Assembly (NCBI GenBank): GCA_963746845.1
Contig: CAVVCZ010000005.1
Span: 448,001 to 512,000, forward strand
Length of the DNA stretch: 64,000 nt
From: an uncultured Chloroflexia bacterium
GTDB taxonomy: Bacteria; Chloroflexota; Limnocylindria; Limnocylindrales; CSP1-4
Direction: 5' to 3'
Part shown: one piece after another, positions 39,136 through 49,800 of the stretch
How positions within the stretch are numbered: the stretch's first letter is position 1
Layout: each line of letters starts with the position of its first letter
Translations under genes and position numbers: made by a program
Notes under the pieces: generated by a model
Database searches by the model: none
What the model was told of the DNA's origin: nothing
Seen by the model: the letters and a program-made list of their open reading frames with translations, nothing else

Positions 39136-39816
39136 TCAGACGGGCGTCGGGACCGGCGGTCGCCGCACCTGCGAGGCGGCGACGGCGATCCACGCGAGCC
39201 CGAACGGGATCGCGAGCAGGGCAAGCGCATTCTGCGTGTTGAAGCCGAGCAGCAGGAGTGAGGCGATCACCAGGCCGACGCCGACCCCGGCGGTCGAGCC
39301 CCGCGCGATGAGCGCACCGAAGAGCAGCGCCGACAGGCAGAAGCCGAAGAAGCCGACGACCAGGAGCGGCCAGGGCGTGAGCAGCAGGAACACGGACCCG
39401 ATCATCGCCGCCGCGACGGCAAGCGCCACCGGGGTCCGGCCGGCGACGGCGGGACCGATCGACACCGCGGCAACCCCGCACAGCAATCCTCCGGCAAAGA
39501 GCAGGAGCCACGGCACCTCGGCTTCCTTGTAGCCGTCCGGCCCGAAGCCCGCCGTGTGCATGGCGACGCCGCCGAGGATCCAGAGCAGTCCGCCGAGGGT
39601 CGCGGCGAGCGCGGCCAGCGGCTGGCGCGACCCGTCATCGGCGGCCGATCCGGCGGTCCGCGGGACGACCTGGGGGTGCAGGCGCGCATCGGCGGCGCCG
39701 CGGACCAGGTCGAACCGGTCGCCGATCGACAGCGGGCGGGACGCGATCAGATCGGTGACCTCGGCCTCGTAGCGCTCGCGCCACGCGCGCGGGTACAGGG
39801 ACAGCAGGCGGCTCAT
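39136..39816 (-). CDS. PadR-associated multi-pass membrane protein (copy 2)
   Basis: N-terminal LYPRAWRERYEAE motif, about 5 TM helices; ATGA overlap with padR. Confidence 0.8.
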   Translation of the reverse strand: MSRLLSLYPRAWRERYEAEVTDLIASRPLSIGDRFDLVRGAADARLHPQVVPRTAGSAADDGSRQPLAALAATLGGLLWILGGVAMHTAGFGPDGYKEAEVPWLLLFAGGLLCGVAAVSIGPAVAGRTPVALAVAAAMIGSVFLLLTPWPLLVVGFFGFCLSALLFGALIARGSTAGVGVGLVIASLLLLGFNTQNALALLAIPFGLAWIAVAASQVRRPPVPTPV

Positions 39817-40136
39817 GTCGGACTCCCTCCGATCCGTTCGAGGCCTGTCTTCAGGAATCCCTCGAGCTGGGTGAGCTGGGCACGCAGGGTCGTCGCACCC
39901 AACCCGGTCAGGCGGTACGGGCGGCGGCGCTCCTCGGGCTCCAGGGCCTCGATCAACCCGCGCCGCTCGAGGCGGGCGAGCGCGCCGTACAGCGTGCCAG
40001 GCCCGAGGGGCGATCCGGACATCTGCTCGACGTCGGTCATGATCGCGTAGCCGTGGCGCGGTCCGGCGCTCAGCGACACGAGGATGTAGAGCGACGGTTC
40101 GGCGAAGCGACCGAGCTGGCCGATCGGCTGGTTCAT
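39813..40136 (-). CDS. PadR family regulator (copy 2)
   Basis: ILVSL..GPRHGYAI, GPGTLYGALARL, RRRPYRLT. Confidence 0.92.
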   Translation of the reverse strand: MNQPIGQLGRFAEPSLYILVSLSAGPRHGYAIMTDVEQMSGSPLGPGTLYGALARLERRGLIEALEPEERRRPYRLTGLGATTLRAQLTQLEGFLKTGLERIGGSPT

Positions 40137-40870
40137 GCAGGTGTCTCCGTGTGACCGGTGGTGAGCGGGACGATGACGTCCGGTGGGTCGACGATCGTGG
40201 GCGATCCGCGGAGGGTCATCCGGACCCCGATCGCCATCCAGGCAAGCCCGTAGGGAACGGCCAGGAGCGCCGCCCAGCGGGGCGGATCGTGCTCGAAGAG
40301 GCCGAACGCCGTGCCGGGGATCACGAACGCCGCGGGGACGAGCAGGGTCGAGGCCAGGAGCGTCCATCGCCATCGCGCACCGATGTCCGCCCGGATGGCC
40401 GCAAGCGTGAGCCCACCGCCGAGGAACCAGACGATCGCCGCGATGTAGGTGAGGAAGGCAATCCCCCACGGCGCCAGGTTGACCACCATGAAGGCCACCG
40501 CGAGCACCCCGAATCCGACGCCCATCGCCCGTCGAACCATCATGAGGTAGTCACCGGCCAAGGCGATCAGCATCGTCATGACGGCCAGACCCGCGAGGGT
40601 CCCGGAGACCGAGGACCAACCCGGGATCGCGAGGCAGACCGCGGACAGGGCCCACAGGGCGCCGGTCCCGATCGTCACCGAGCCCGGGATGCGGTGCGTC
40701 CAGGGGATCGGTGCGTCGGCCAGCTGCGGGTGGAGGTGGGCGTCGACCGCCCCGCGGATCAGGTCGACGAGATCCCGTGCGGCCGTCGGCCGCTGGGCGA
40801 GGACGTCGAGCATCTCGGCCTCGTACCGGTCGCGCCACGCCGCCGGATAGAGCCGGATCAGCCTCGTCAT
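40133..40870 (-). CDS. PadR-associated multi-pass membrane protein (copy 1)
   Basis: N-terminal LYPAAWRDRYEAE motif, DLIRGAVDAHLHPQ, about 6 TM helices. Confidence 0.8.
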   Translation of the reverse strand: MTRLIRLYPAAWRDRYEAEMLDVLAQRPTAARDLVDLIRGAVDAHLHPQLADAPIPWTHRIPGSVTIGTGALWALSAVCLAIPGWSSVSGTLAGLAVMTMLIALAGDYLMMVRRAMGVGFGVLAVAFMVVNLAPWGIAFLTYIAAIVWFLGGGLTLAAIRADIGARWRWTLLASTLLVPAAFVIPGTAFGLFEHDPPRWAALLAVPYGLAWMAIGVRMTLRGSPTIVDPPDVIVPLTTGHTETPA

Positions 40871-41139
40871 GGAAGTGCCCCTCCGGGAGCCGCAACGGGC
40901 GACGGCTCGCGCCCGGTCAGACGATACGCCGCCCCGCCGTCCTGGTTGGCCACCGGCTCGATCAGGCGACGCCGCTCGAGCCGGGCGATCGCCGCGTACA
41001 ACGACCCGGGCCCGATCGGCCCGTCGAGCCGGCGAACCTCATCGAGGAGGAGGACCGCCGGCCGCGGGCCGTCGCGGAGCGCGACGAGGACGAGCCTCGC
41101 CGGCTCCGCGAACCGACCGAACCGGCCCGGGTCGATCAC
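40867..41139 (-). CDS. Short PadR-like regulator (copy 1)
   Basis: GRFAEP..LVLVAL, GPGSLYAAIARLERR.LIE, YRLT; lacks HGY motif and C-terminal helix. Confidence 0.75.
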   Translation of the reverse strand: MIDPGRFGRFAEPARLVLVALRDGPRPAVLLLDEVRRLDGPIGPGSLYAAIARLERRRLIEPVANQDGGAAYRLTGREPSPVAAPGGALP

Positions 41140-41140
41140 C

Positions 41141-41707
41141 TCAGTCGGCCACGATCACGCCGCACGCCACGCGCGCGCCGCTGTTGCCGTTCGTCGCATC
41201 GGTGACCTGGTCGTCCTCGTTCGCGTGGATGATGAACGCGCTACCGACCGCCCCGGCCGTGGTGTCGAACAGCGTCGTCGGGCCGTTCGTGAGGGTGACC
41301 CGATCCGTGGTCGCGTCCAGGTGAGCGACGCCGGCCCGGTTCACGATCAGGTTCGGCAGGTCGCCCGCGTGAGCACCCGCCGGGTTCAGGAGGCCGTGCT
41401 GATGCACGAGCGGGTTGTAGTGCCCGCCGGCCGCCGCGAAGGTCGGCGTGCAGGACGCGACTGCATGGATGTGGATCCCGTGCAGTCCCGGCGTCAGGCC
41501 CTTCACATGGACGTTGACGTGCACGATCCCGCTGCCGTCCTGGACGAGCTTTGCCCAGCCGATCTCCGCTCCGCCCGCGTCCACGAACGTCGCGCTCGCG
41601 TGGGTCGCGCCACCACCGGCCACGGACGTCGCGGCAAACGCCGCGGCCACCGCCAGCGCGGCGCTCGCCCCGGCCACCCCGGTCAGGATCTTCCTGCGAC
41701 CGTTCAT
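41141..41707 (-). CDS. sodC: Cu/Zn superoxide dismutase, exported
   Basis: HGIHIH, GGHYNP, HAGDLPN, IIHANEDD, GNSGARVACG; signal peptide; RBS GGAGGGG. Confidence 0.95.
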   Translation of the reverse strand: MNGRRKILTGVAGASAALAVAAAFAATSVAGGGATHASATFVDAGGAEIGWAKLVQDGSGIVHVNVHVKGLTPGLHGIHIHAVASCTPTFAAAGGHYNPLVHQHGLLNPAGAHAGDLPNLIVNRAGVAHLDATTDRVTLTNGPTTLFDTTAGAVGSAFIIHANEDDQVTDATNGNSGARVACGVIVAD

Positions 41708-41737
41708 CACACCCCTCCGTCGAGGCTCCGCACATGA

Positions 41738-41796
41738 TATACCGGATGTCGATATATCGGTTGACGATATACTAGCGGAACGGCGCACCGTGTCAA
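41738..41796 (-). promoter_or_regulatory. sodC operon promoter with two overlapping palindromic operators
   Basis: Minus strand TTGACA-16 nt-TAGTAT; TATACCG-N5-CGATATA (41738-41756) and TATATCG-N5-CGATATA (41753-41771). Confidence 0.75.
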
Positions 41797-41852
41797 GGCG
41801 GAGATCACCGGAGCTGTCCGGCGCGGCCCGGAGCGCGGCTACAATCGCGGCG

Positions 41853-42647
41853 ATGACCGAGACGCGACGATGGGCCGGCGCGGCCGACCTGACCCCCGTT
41901 CCCCAGGGCCGGCGACCGCGACCGGAGATCATCGCGCTGCCCGAGGGGTTGCCCTCGCTCGACGAGCTGTTCACGTTCATGCGCGACGCCGAGCTCCGCT
42001 TCGACACGCTCCGGATGCAGATCGAGGAGCGGTCCTTCACGGTGAGCGGCGAGCACCTCGTCGTGTCCGACGTCGTCCTCCGCCACCCGAACGAGGCGAA
42101 GGTCACGACATCGACCCCGGGCCACGGCGCCCAGGGCAGTTACGAGATCTGGCTCGGCGACGGCGACATCGTCCGGACGTACAGCAGCACCCACAAGCTC
42201 GGAACGGAGCGACCGGTCCGACGAACGCTGGTCGGCGTCAGCGGGCCTACGAGCCGCGAGCTGCCCGGCACGTCCCGCGTCTATCAGCCGTTGACGGGGC
42301 TGCCGATGGAGACGCTGCCCGAAGCCTTCATCCACCCGGCCGGTTACTGCCAGAACGTCCTCTCGACCGGGGCGTGTCGGGTCGTCGGGCCGGGCGAGGT
42401 CGCCGGACGGCAGGCGATCGTCGTCGAGTGCGACCACCCGCGGACGATCGAGATGGCGGCCGACCGGCCGGACTTCCGGATCCGGATGGCGGTGGACCGA
42501 GCCGACGGCGTGATCCTCCGACTCGAGGAATCGATCGGCGGCGTCCCGACGCGCGATGCGCGCGTGACCGAGTACGCGCCGGACGCGCCGCTGACCCCGA
42601 ACGCGTTCGACTTCGTGTTCCCGACCGGGACGACGATGCTCTACTGA
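41853..42647 (+). CDS. Hypothetical protein, LolA/RseB-like beta fold without signal peptide
   Basis: W.GDG.....Y, GEVAGRQA, VDRADGVILR, C-terminal FDFVFPTG; TACAAT 7 nt upstream of ATG. Confidence 0.6.
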   Translation: MTETRRWAGAADLTPVPQGRRPRPEIIALPEGLPSLDELFTFMRDAELRFDTLRMQIEERSFTVSGEHLVVSDVVLRHPNEAKVTTSTPGHGAQGSYEIWLGDGDIVRTYSSTHKLGTERPVRRTLVGVSGPTSRELPGTSRVYQPLTGLPMETLPEAFIHPAGYCQNVLSTGACRVVGPGEVAGRQAIVVECDHPRTIEMAADRPDFRIRMAVDRADGVILRLEESIGGVPTRDARVTEYAPDAPLTPNAFDFVFPTGTTMLY

Positions 42648-42728
42648 CCCTCGCCGTCGGCGCGGCACGAATCGGAACGCCCGGCCGGTGGCCGGGCGTT
42701 CTCGTTCAGCAGCGGGAGGTGAACGACC

Positions 42729-44351
42729 TCAACCGCCGGCAAGCTCCAGGTCGCGCTCGATCGCTACGAGCTCTTCCGGTGTGCCCTGGACCTTCGGCCC
42801 CTTGAACCAGTTCCTGGCCGAGACCGCATACCAGAGCGCGGCCCCACCGAGCACCACGAGGAACACGACCGGCGCGTAGTTGAACGTGCTGATGGTGATC
42901 GGCTGGGCCTGCGGCAGCATGAACAGGATCGAGACGAAGACGACCCAGATCGTCGCCACGATTCCGATCGGCCGGCCCCAGCGGCCGAGCGTCCACGGTC
43001 CGGCCTCGAATTTCGAGCCCGCGCGCACCCTCAGGAACACCGGCGCGATGTAGGCGATGTAGAGACCGATCACCGCGATCGAGGTCACGGCCGCGTAGGC
43101 GACCGAGCTGTACAGGTACGGCAGGCCGAGGATGAACGCGCCGACCGCGGCCAGCCAGATCGAGTTCGTTGGTGTCCGGGTCCGCGGGTTGATCCGGTGC
43201 CAGAACGAGCTGCCGGGAACGGCGCCGTCGCGCGAGAACGCGTAGATCATCCGCGAGTTCGCCGTGACCGACGACATCCCGCAGTAGAACTGGGCGCCGA
43301 TCACCAGCAGCAGGATGAACAGGCCGCCGGTCTGGCCGACCGCATCGATCCAGATCGTGACCGGTGGGCCTGCGTTGGACAGCGTCGCGTACGAGTCGAG
43401 CGCGTGCTGATAGCCGGCGGCGCCGTTCGGCGTGCCGTCGGCGGCCGGGAAGACCATGTCCGGGGTCGTGCCGATGTTCATCGCGACGAGGAGGATGAAC
43501 CCGAAGATGACCGACACCACGACCGAGAAGACGATGCCTCGTGGCGCGGACCTCGCCGCCTCGTGGGTTTCCTCGGACATGTGCGCCGATGCGTCGTAGC
43601 CGGTCAGCGTGTACTGCGCGTTGAGCAGCCCGATCAGCGCGACGTACAGCGGGATCCCGAAGATCAGCGGCCCGGGCCACTGCGGGTTGGTCCCGCCGCT
43701 GCCGGTGTTGTTGACGAAGGTCGAGAAGACGGTCCCGACGTCGGTCCGGCTGTGCTGGTTGAGCACGACCGTGACAAGGACGATCGCCGACACGCCGACG
43801 ACGTGCCACCAGACCGAGATGTCGTTGAGCAACGCGACCAGCCGGATGCCGAAGGTGTTCAGCAGCCCATGGATGAACAGGACGATCCCGAAGATCAGGA
43901 TCGTGACCGGCGGCGCAGTCGAGACGCCCCACACGATGTTCAGGAAGGCGTTGATGAAGAACGCGAGCCCGAAGTCGATGCCGGCGGTGACCGCGACCTG
44001 TCCGACGAAGTTGAACCAGCCGACGAACCAGCTCCAGGCCGCCGCGTTGCCGCCGGACTCCGGCGCCAGCTTGGCGGCCCAGTAGTAGAGACCGCCGGCG
44101 GTCGGGTAGCTCGACGCGACCTCGGCCATGCCGAGCGCGACCAGCGTCACGAAGAACCCGACGACGAGCCAGCCGAGCGTCATGACCGCGGGCCCGCCGG
44201 TGTTCATCGCGAACGCGTAGAGCGTGAGGCAGCCCGACAGGATCGAGATGATCGTGAACGAGACCGCGAAGTTGGAGAACGTCCGCATCCCGCGGCGCAA
44301 CTCCTGGGCGTACCCGAGCTGGTGGAGTTGCTCGGTGTCCGAACCTGCCAT
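42729..44351 (-). CDS. APC-family amino acid/amine permease
   Basis: LGYAQELRR, FSNFAVSFTIISIL, YPTAGGLYYW, GYDASAHMSEET, AFSRDG. Confidence 0.93.
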   Translation of the reverse strand: MAGSDTEQLHQLGYAQELRRGMRTFSNFAVSFTIISILSGCLTLYAFAMNTGGPAVMTLGWLVVGFFVTLVALGMAEVASSYPTAGGLYYWAAKLAPESGGNAAAWSWFVGWFNFVGQVAVTAGIDFGLAFFINAFLNIVWGVSTAPPVTILIFGIVLFIHGLLNTFGIRLVALLNDISVWWHVVGVSAIVLVTVVLNQHSRTDVGTVFSTFVNNTGSGGTNPQWPGPLIFGIPLYVALIGLLNAQYTLTGYDASAHMSEETHEAARSAPRGIVFSVVVSVIFGFILLVAMNIGTTPDMVFPAADGTPNGAAGYQHALDSYATLSNAGPPVTIWIDAVGQTGGLFILLLVIGAQFYCGMSSVTANSRMIYAFSRDGAVPGSSFWHRINPRTRTPTNSIWLAAVGAFILGLPYLYSSVAYAAVTSIAVIGLYIAYIAPVFLRVRAGSKFEAGPWTLGRWGRPIGIVATIWVVFVSILFMLPQAQPITISTFNYAPVVFLVVLGGAALWYAVSARNWFKGPKVQGTPEELVAIERDLELAGG

Positions 44352-44501
44352 CCCTTCCTCCATTCGTCGCATCTGACGATTCGCCGGGACGCGGGGACTC
44401 CCCCGTCGCAACAATAGGCCTCGCCGAACGGCGCACACAAGACGAGGCGCAGCGTGCGACCCACTGAACGGGGTCGCGGCGCGGGCGCCGGGAGGTGGGC
44501 G

Positions 44502-45260
44502 ATGGGCGACCGGCTGGCCGGCAAGGTGACGATCGTGACGGGTGCCGGGTCCGGGATCGGCCGCGCGACGGCGATCCGGTTCGCCGAGGAGGGCGCGCGG
44601 GTCACCTGCGTCGACATCGCCCGCGACGCGGTCGAGGCCACCGCGGCGTCGATCGGCGAGGCCGCCCACGCGGTCACCGCCGACGTGTCGGACCCGGCCC
44701 AGGTCCGCGCCTACACGGACGCGACCGTCGAGCGCTGGGGCGGGCTCCACGCCGTCTTCAACAACGCCGGGGTGAACATCCCGGGCGTGTTCCACGAGGT
44801 CCCGGACGAGATCATCAACCGGACCCTGGACGTCAACGTCAAGGGCTGCATCTACGGCTGTCGGTACGCGATCCCCCACATGCTGCGCGGCGGCGGCGGA
44901 TCGCTGATCAACACGAGCTCGGTGAACGGGCTCGTCGCGGAGCCGTTCCTCGCGATCTACGCGACGTCCAAGGGCGCGATCGTCATGCTCAGCAAGGGGA
45001 TCGCCCTCGACTACGCCAGGCAGGGGATCCGGTGCAACGCGATCGCGCCGGGCTGGGTCGACACCCCGATCAACTACGCCCACGCGGAGATGCTCGGCGG
45101 TCTCCAGGAGGTCTATGCGACGATCGACTCGTTCCAGCCGATCGGCCGGCCCGGTGAGCCGCGGGAGATCGCCAACGTCGCGCTCTTCCTCGCTTCGGAC
45201 GAGTCCTCGTTCGTCACCGGGAGCGTCGTCGTCGCCGACGGTGGGATGACCGCGAAATGA
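44502..45260 (+). CDS. SDR family oxidoreductase
   Basis: TGAGSGIG, NNAG, YATSKG. Confidence 0.93.
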   Translation: MGDRLAGKVTIVTGAGSGIGRATAIRFAEEGARVTCVDIARDAVEATAASIGEAAHAVTADVSDPAQVRAYTDATVERWGGLHAVFNNAGVNIPGVFHEVPDEIINRTLDVNVKGCIYGCRYAIPHMLRGGGGSLINTSSVNGLVAEPFLAIYATSKGAIVMLSKGIALDYARQGIRCNAIAPGWVDTPINYAHAEMLGGLQEVYATIDSFQPIGRPGEPREIANVALFLASDESSFVTGSVVVADGGMTAK

Positions 45261-45303
45261 CGTCCACGGCACGACACCGCCGGCGCGGCGGAGGAGGGTT
45301 CCC

Positions 45304-46722
45304 ATGACCACCGCGGCCCACGGCGACCATGGCGCGCACCAGGGCGGCTCCGATCATCCCCGTCTGCAGGAGCTGCAGGCCATGGTCCGCGACGGCCGGA
45401 TCGACACGCTGATCGTCGCGATCACCGACATGCAGGGCCGGCTGATGGGCAAGCGCGTCCAGGCCCAGGCGTTCCTGAACGGCGTCATCGACCACGGCGC
45501 CCACTTCTGCACGTACCTCCTCGGCACGGACATGGAGATGAACACGCCCGAGGGGTTCGCCCTGATGAACTGGGAGACGGGCTACGGCGACTGGATCGCC
45601 GAGCCGGTCTGGGACACGCTGCGCGTCCTGCCGTGGCTCGAGAAGACGGCCCTCGTCCTGTCCGACACCTACACGGACGAGGACCACCAGGAGATCGCCG
45701 TCTCGCCGCGGACGATCCTCAAGCGCCAGGTCGCGCGGGCCGCCGACGCCGGGATCGCGGTGAAGGCCGGCTCGGAGTTCGAGTACTACGTCCTCAAGGA
45801 GTCGTGGGAGGAGTCGGCCCGGTCCGGCTGGGGCATCCCCCAGCGGTTCGGCTACTACAACGAGGACTATCACCTGCTCCAGGCGACCAAGGCCGAGCCG
45901 CTCCACCGGCTGCTGCGCAACCAGATGACCGAGGCGCGGATCCCGATCGAGTTCAGCAAGGGCGAGGCCGCACCCGGCCAGCACGAGGTGAACATCCGCT
46001 ACGACCACGTCCTCGAGTCGGCCGACCGGAGCGTGCTGTTCAAGCACGGCGCGAAGGAGATCGCCTACCTCAACGGCTGGGGGATCACGTTCATGTCCAA
46101 GCCCGACCACACCTGGACGGGCTCGTCGGGCCATCTCCACATGAGCATCTGGGACGCCGCCGGCGACCACCCTCTGACCCACGATGAGACGGCCGGACTG
46201 CCCTACGGGATCAGCCGCCAGTTCAGCCAGTTCGTCGCCGGGATGATGGCCCACTCCCGGGAGCTGGCCGTCTTCATCGCCCCGAACATCAACTCCTACA
46301 AGCGCTACGCGTCGCTGTCGTGGGCTCCGGTGAACATCGTCTGGGGCCGCGACAACCGCACGACCGGCTTCCGGATGGTGGGTCACGGGCCGGCGCTCCA
46401 CGTCGAGGACCGCTTCCCCGGCGGCGACATGAACGCCTACCTGACGTACGCCGCGATGATCGGGGCCGGCCTCCGGGGCATCGAGAAGGAGATGACCCTC
46501 GTCGACGAGTTCAAGGGCAACGGCTACATCGCGAAGGGCGTGCCCCGGATGCCGCGGGCGCTGTACGAGGCAATCGCCGAGCTCGAGAAGAGCGAGGCGG
46601 CGGTCGACATCTTCGGCCAGGACGTCGTCGATCACTACCTGAATGCGGCGCGCGTCGAGCAGGAGACCTACGACGCGATGGTCCACGACTGGGAGCGCGA
46701 GCGGTACCTCGAGCGCTCCTAG
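45304..46722 (+). CDS. Glutamine synthetase-like gamma-glutamyl-amine ligase (GlnA4/PuuA-like)
   Basis: DMQGRLMGKR, WETGYGD, EFEYY, GQHEVN, GSSGHLH, NSYKR, DNRT. Confidence 0.88.
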   Translation: MTTAAHGDHGAHQGGSDHPRLQELQAMVRDGRIDTLIVAITDMQGRLMGKRVQAQAFLNGVIDHGAHFCTYLLGTDMEMNTPEGFALMNWETGYGDWIAEPVWDTLRVLPWLEKTALVLSDTYTDEDHQEIAVSPRTILKRQVARAADAGIAVKAGSEFEYYVLKESWEESARSGWGIPQRFGYYNEDYHLLQATKAEPLHRLLRNQMTEARIPIEFSKGEAAPGQHEVNIRYDHVLESADRSVLFKHGAKEIAYLNGWGITFMSKPDHTWTGSSGHLHMSIWDAAGDHPLTHDETAGLPYGISRQFSQFVAGMMAHSRELAVFIAPNINSYKRYASLSWAPVNIVWGRDNRTTGFRMVGHGPALHVEDRFPGGDMNAYLTYAAMIGAGLRGIEKEMTLVDEFKGNGYIAKGVPRMPRALYEAIAELEKSEAAVDIFGQDVVDHYLNAARVEQETYDAMVHDWERERYLERS

Positions 46723-46826
46723 ACCACACGGCGAGGGTCGCGTGACGGACAGCGACGGGATCGTCCCGGGCGCTATGCTCGCCGCCACGAGCGCGGCGCG
46801 GAGACCGCCTGCAACCCGGGAGCAGC

Positions 46827-49800
46827 GTGGCGTCGAAGCGTCAACGATCGACCAGCCCACCGCCTGCACCTGACGACGTCGATGCGCTGCGCGCACGGGT
46901 GACGCAGCTCGAAGCCCGCGAGGCGGAGCACGCCCGGTCGGAACGGGTCCAGGCCGCCCTCTACCGGATCGCCGAGGCGGCCAGCGCGGCGACCGACCTC
47001 CCGTCGTTCTACCGGACGGTCCATGAGATCGTCGGCGGGCTGATGTACGCCCAGAACTTCTACATCGCCCTCCACGACGCGGAGCGCGGGCGGATGAACT
47101 ACCCGTACTTCGTCGATGAATTCGACAAGGACATCCCGGACCCGAACGCCTGGGAGCCGTTCGGCGAGGGTCAGGCCCGCGGGGTCACCGCGTACGCCCT
47201 GCGCCTGGGCCGCCCGCTCCGGATCGACGGTGCGACGTACCGAGCCCTCATCGAGAGCCACGAGATCGAGCTGCTCGGTGTCGTGACGGACGAGGCCGTC
47301 TGGTTGGGTGTCCCACTCCCTGCCGAGGGACACAGCCAGGGCGTGCTCGTGATCCAGAGCTACTCCGCGGACCACCGCTACTCGGAACGAGACCTGGACC
47401 TGCTGACGTTCGTCGGCCAGCACGTCGGGTCCGCCCTCAGCCGGGTCCGCGCGATCGAGGAGACCCGCCAGCGCAATGCCGAGCTGGGCCTGATCAACGA
47501 GATCGGCGCCGCCCTCGCGAAACAGCTCGACTTCGACGCGATCATCCAGCTGGTCGGCGATCGAGTCCGCGACCTGTTCGCCGCCAACTCGATGTTCATC
47601 GCCCTCCACGACCCGGCGACGAATCTGGTCACCTTCCCCTACGACCTCGACGAGGGCAAGCCGTTCGAGCGCGGCCACTGGCCGCTCGGGCCGGGCATGA
47701 CGTCCCAGGTGATCACGACCGGGGAGCCACTCCGAGTCGGCGATGCAGCCGAGCAGGCGGCGGCCGGCGCGATCCAGGTCGGCGGGGCGGACACCCTGTC
47801 GTGGCTCGGCGTGCCGATCACCGGGGCCAGTCGGGTGATCGGCGTGCTTGGCCTCGAGAGCCTCCAGGAGCACGCCTACACCGAGGCCGACGAGCGCCTC
47901 CTCGGGACGCTCGCGGCGAGCATGGGCGTCGCCCTCGAGAACGCCCGCCTGTTCGACGAGACGACTCGACTGCTGACGGAATCGAACGAACGGGCCGCCG
48001 AGCTCTCGGTCGTCAACGAGATCGGCGCCGCCCTCGCCGACCAGCTGGAGTTCCAGGCGATCATCGACCTGGTCGGGGCGAGGGTCGACCAGATCTTCGA
48101 GCCGGTGTCGATGTACATCGCGCTCTACGACGCCTCGACGAACATCGTGGAGTTCCCGTACTCGACGGACTTCGGCCACGACGTCCGGACGACGGTCGGC
48201 CGGACCGCGATGGAGCTCGGCCCGGGCCTGACATCGCGGATCATCGAGATGCGCCGGCCGGTCCGGGTGGGATCCAACGACGAGGCGGACGCGCTCGGCG
48301 CCATCCAGGTCGGTGGACCCGACACGGAGTCGTTCCTGGGCGTCCCGATCATGAGTGGCGATCGCGTGACCGGCGTTATCGCGATGGAGCGCCTGGAGCG
48401 CGACGCCTACACGGCGAACGACGAACGGCTGCTGTCGACGCTCGCGTCCAGCATGGGCGTCGCGCTCGAGAACGCCCGCCTGTTCACCGAGACCAACGAA
48501 CGGGCCGCCGAGCTCGCTGTCATCAACGAGGTCCAGGCCGGGCTGGCCGAGCAGCTCGACTTCGACGCCATCGTCCACCTCGTCGGCGACCGGATCCGCG
48601 GGATCTTCAAGGCGCGGACGATCTACATCGGCGTCCTCGACGCGGCCACACGGACCTTGTCGTTCCCGTACGACCTGACCGACGGCAAGCCCGTCCACAC
48701 GGAGCCGTATGTGGTGGGGCCGGGGCCCGTGTCGACCGTCGTGGAGACCGGCAAACCCGTCCTGCTCCGGAGCGCGGATGAGGCGCGGCAGGCCGGTCAC
48801 GTCGACTACGGCACGCCGACCGAGTCGTGGCTCGGTGTCCCGATCGTCACGGCGGACCGCGTCCTGGGTGCGCTGGTGGTCGAGTCGCCGGACCGCGATG
48901 CCTACGACGAAGGGCATCAGCGACTGCTCTCGACCCTGGCCTCCAGCATGGGCGTCGCGCTCGAGAACGCCCGGCTGTTCGACGAGACCCGTCGCCTGCT
49001 GACCGAGACGAACGAACGGGCCGCCGAGCTCACGGTCATCAATGAGATCGGCTCGGCCCTCGCCGAGCAGCTCGAGTTCGACTCGATCATCGAGCTCGTC
49101 GGTCGCCGGATCGCCGACATCTTCCATGTCGACGCGCTCCAGATCCTGCAGTACCACGAGGTCGAGGGCCGGATCGAGCGCCGGTACGGGATCGAGGGCG
49201 GCAAGCGGAGCGAATCAATGGCCTTCCCGTTCGGCGAGGGGCTCACCTCGAAGGTCATCCGGTCCCGGACGCCGCTGAACATCGGATCGGACGACGACAT
49301 GAACGCCGCCGGGGCGATCCGGACCGGACTCCGGAACGAGTCCTGGCTCGGCGTCCCGATCCCCGCGGGCGATCGGATCTTCGGCGTGATCGCTCTCGAG
49401 AGCATGGAGAAGCGGACGTTCGACGACGCCCATGTCCGGCTGCTCAGCACCCTCGCGACGAGCATGGGCGTGGCCCTGGAGAACGCCCGACTGTTCGACG
49501 AGACCCGCCGGCTTCTGACCGAGACGAACGAACGGGCCGCCGAGCTCGCCCTGATCAACGACATCCAGGCGGGCCTCGCCCAGAAGCTCGACATCCAGGC
49601 GATGTACGACCTCGTCGGCGACAAGATCCAGGAGATCTTCGACGCCCAGGTCGTGGACATCGGGATCTACGACACGAGCGCCGGCCTCGTTCGCTTTCCG
49701 TACACGATCGAGCGCGGCGTTCGGTTCCCCGACGAGCCGGTCGAGATCGGCGGGGCAAGCGGCTGGGTCTACCGTCATCGGCAGCCACTCCTCGTGAACC

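Noticed and set aside
42729-45311. Apparent 860-aa permease
   Set aside because: The extension is antisense to the SDR gene; an RBS supports the start at 44351.
45304-46722. Housekeeping glutamine synthetase glnA
   Set aside because: Sequence motifs and SDR/permease/ALDH context fit the gamma-glutamyl-amine ligase subfamily better.
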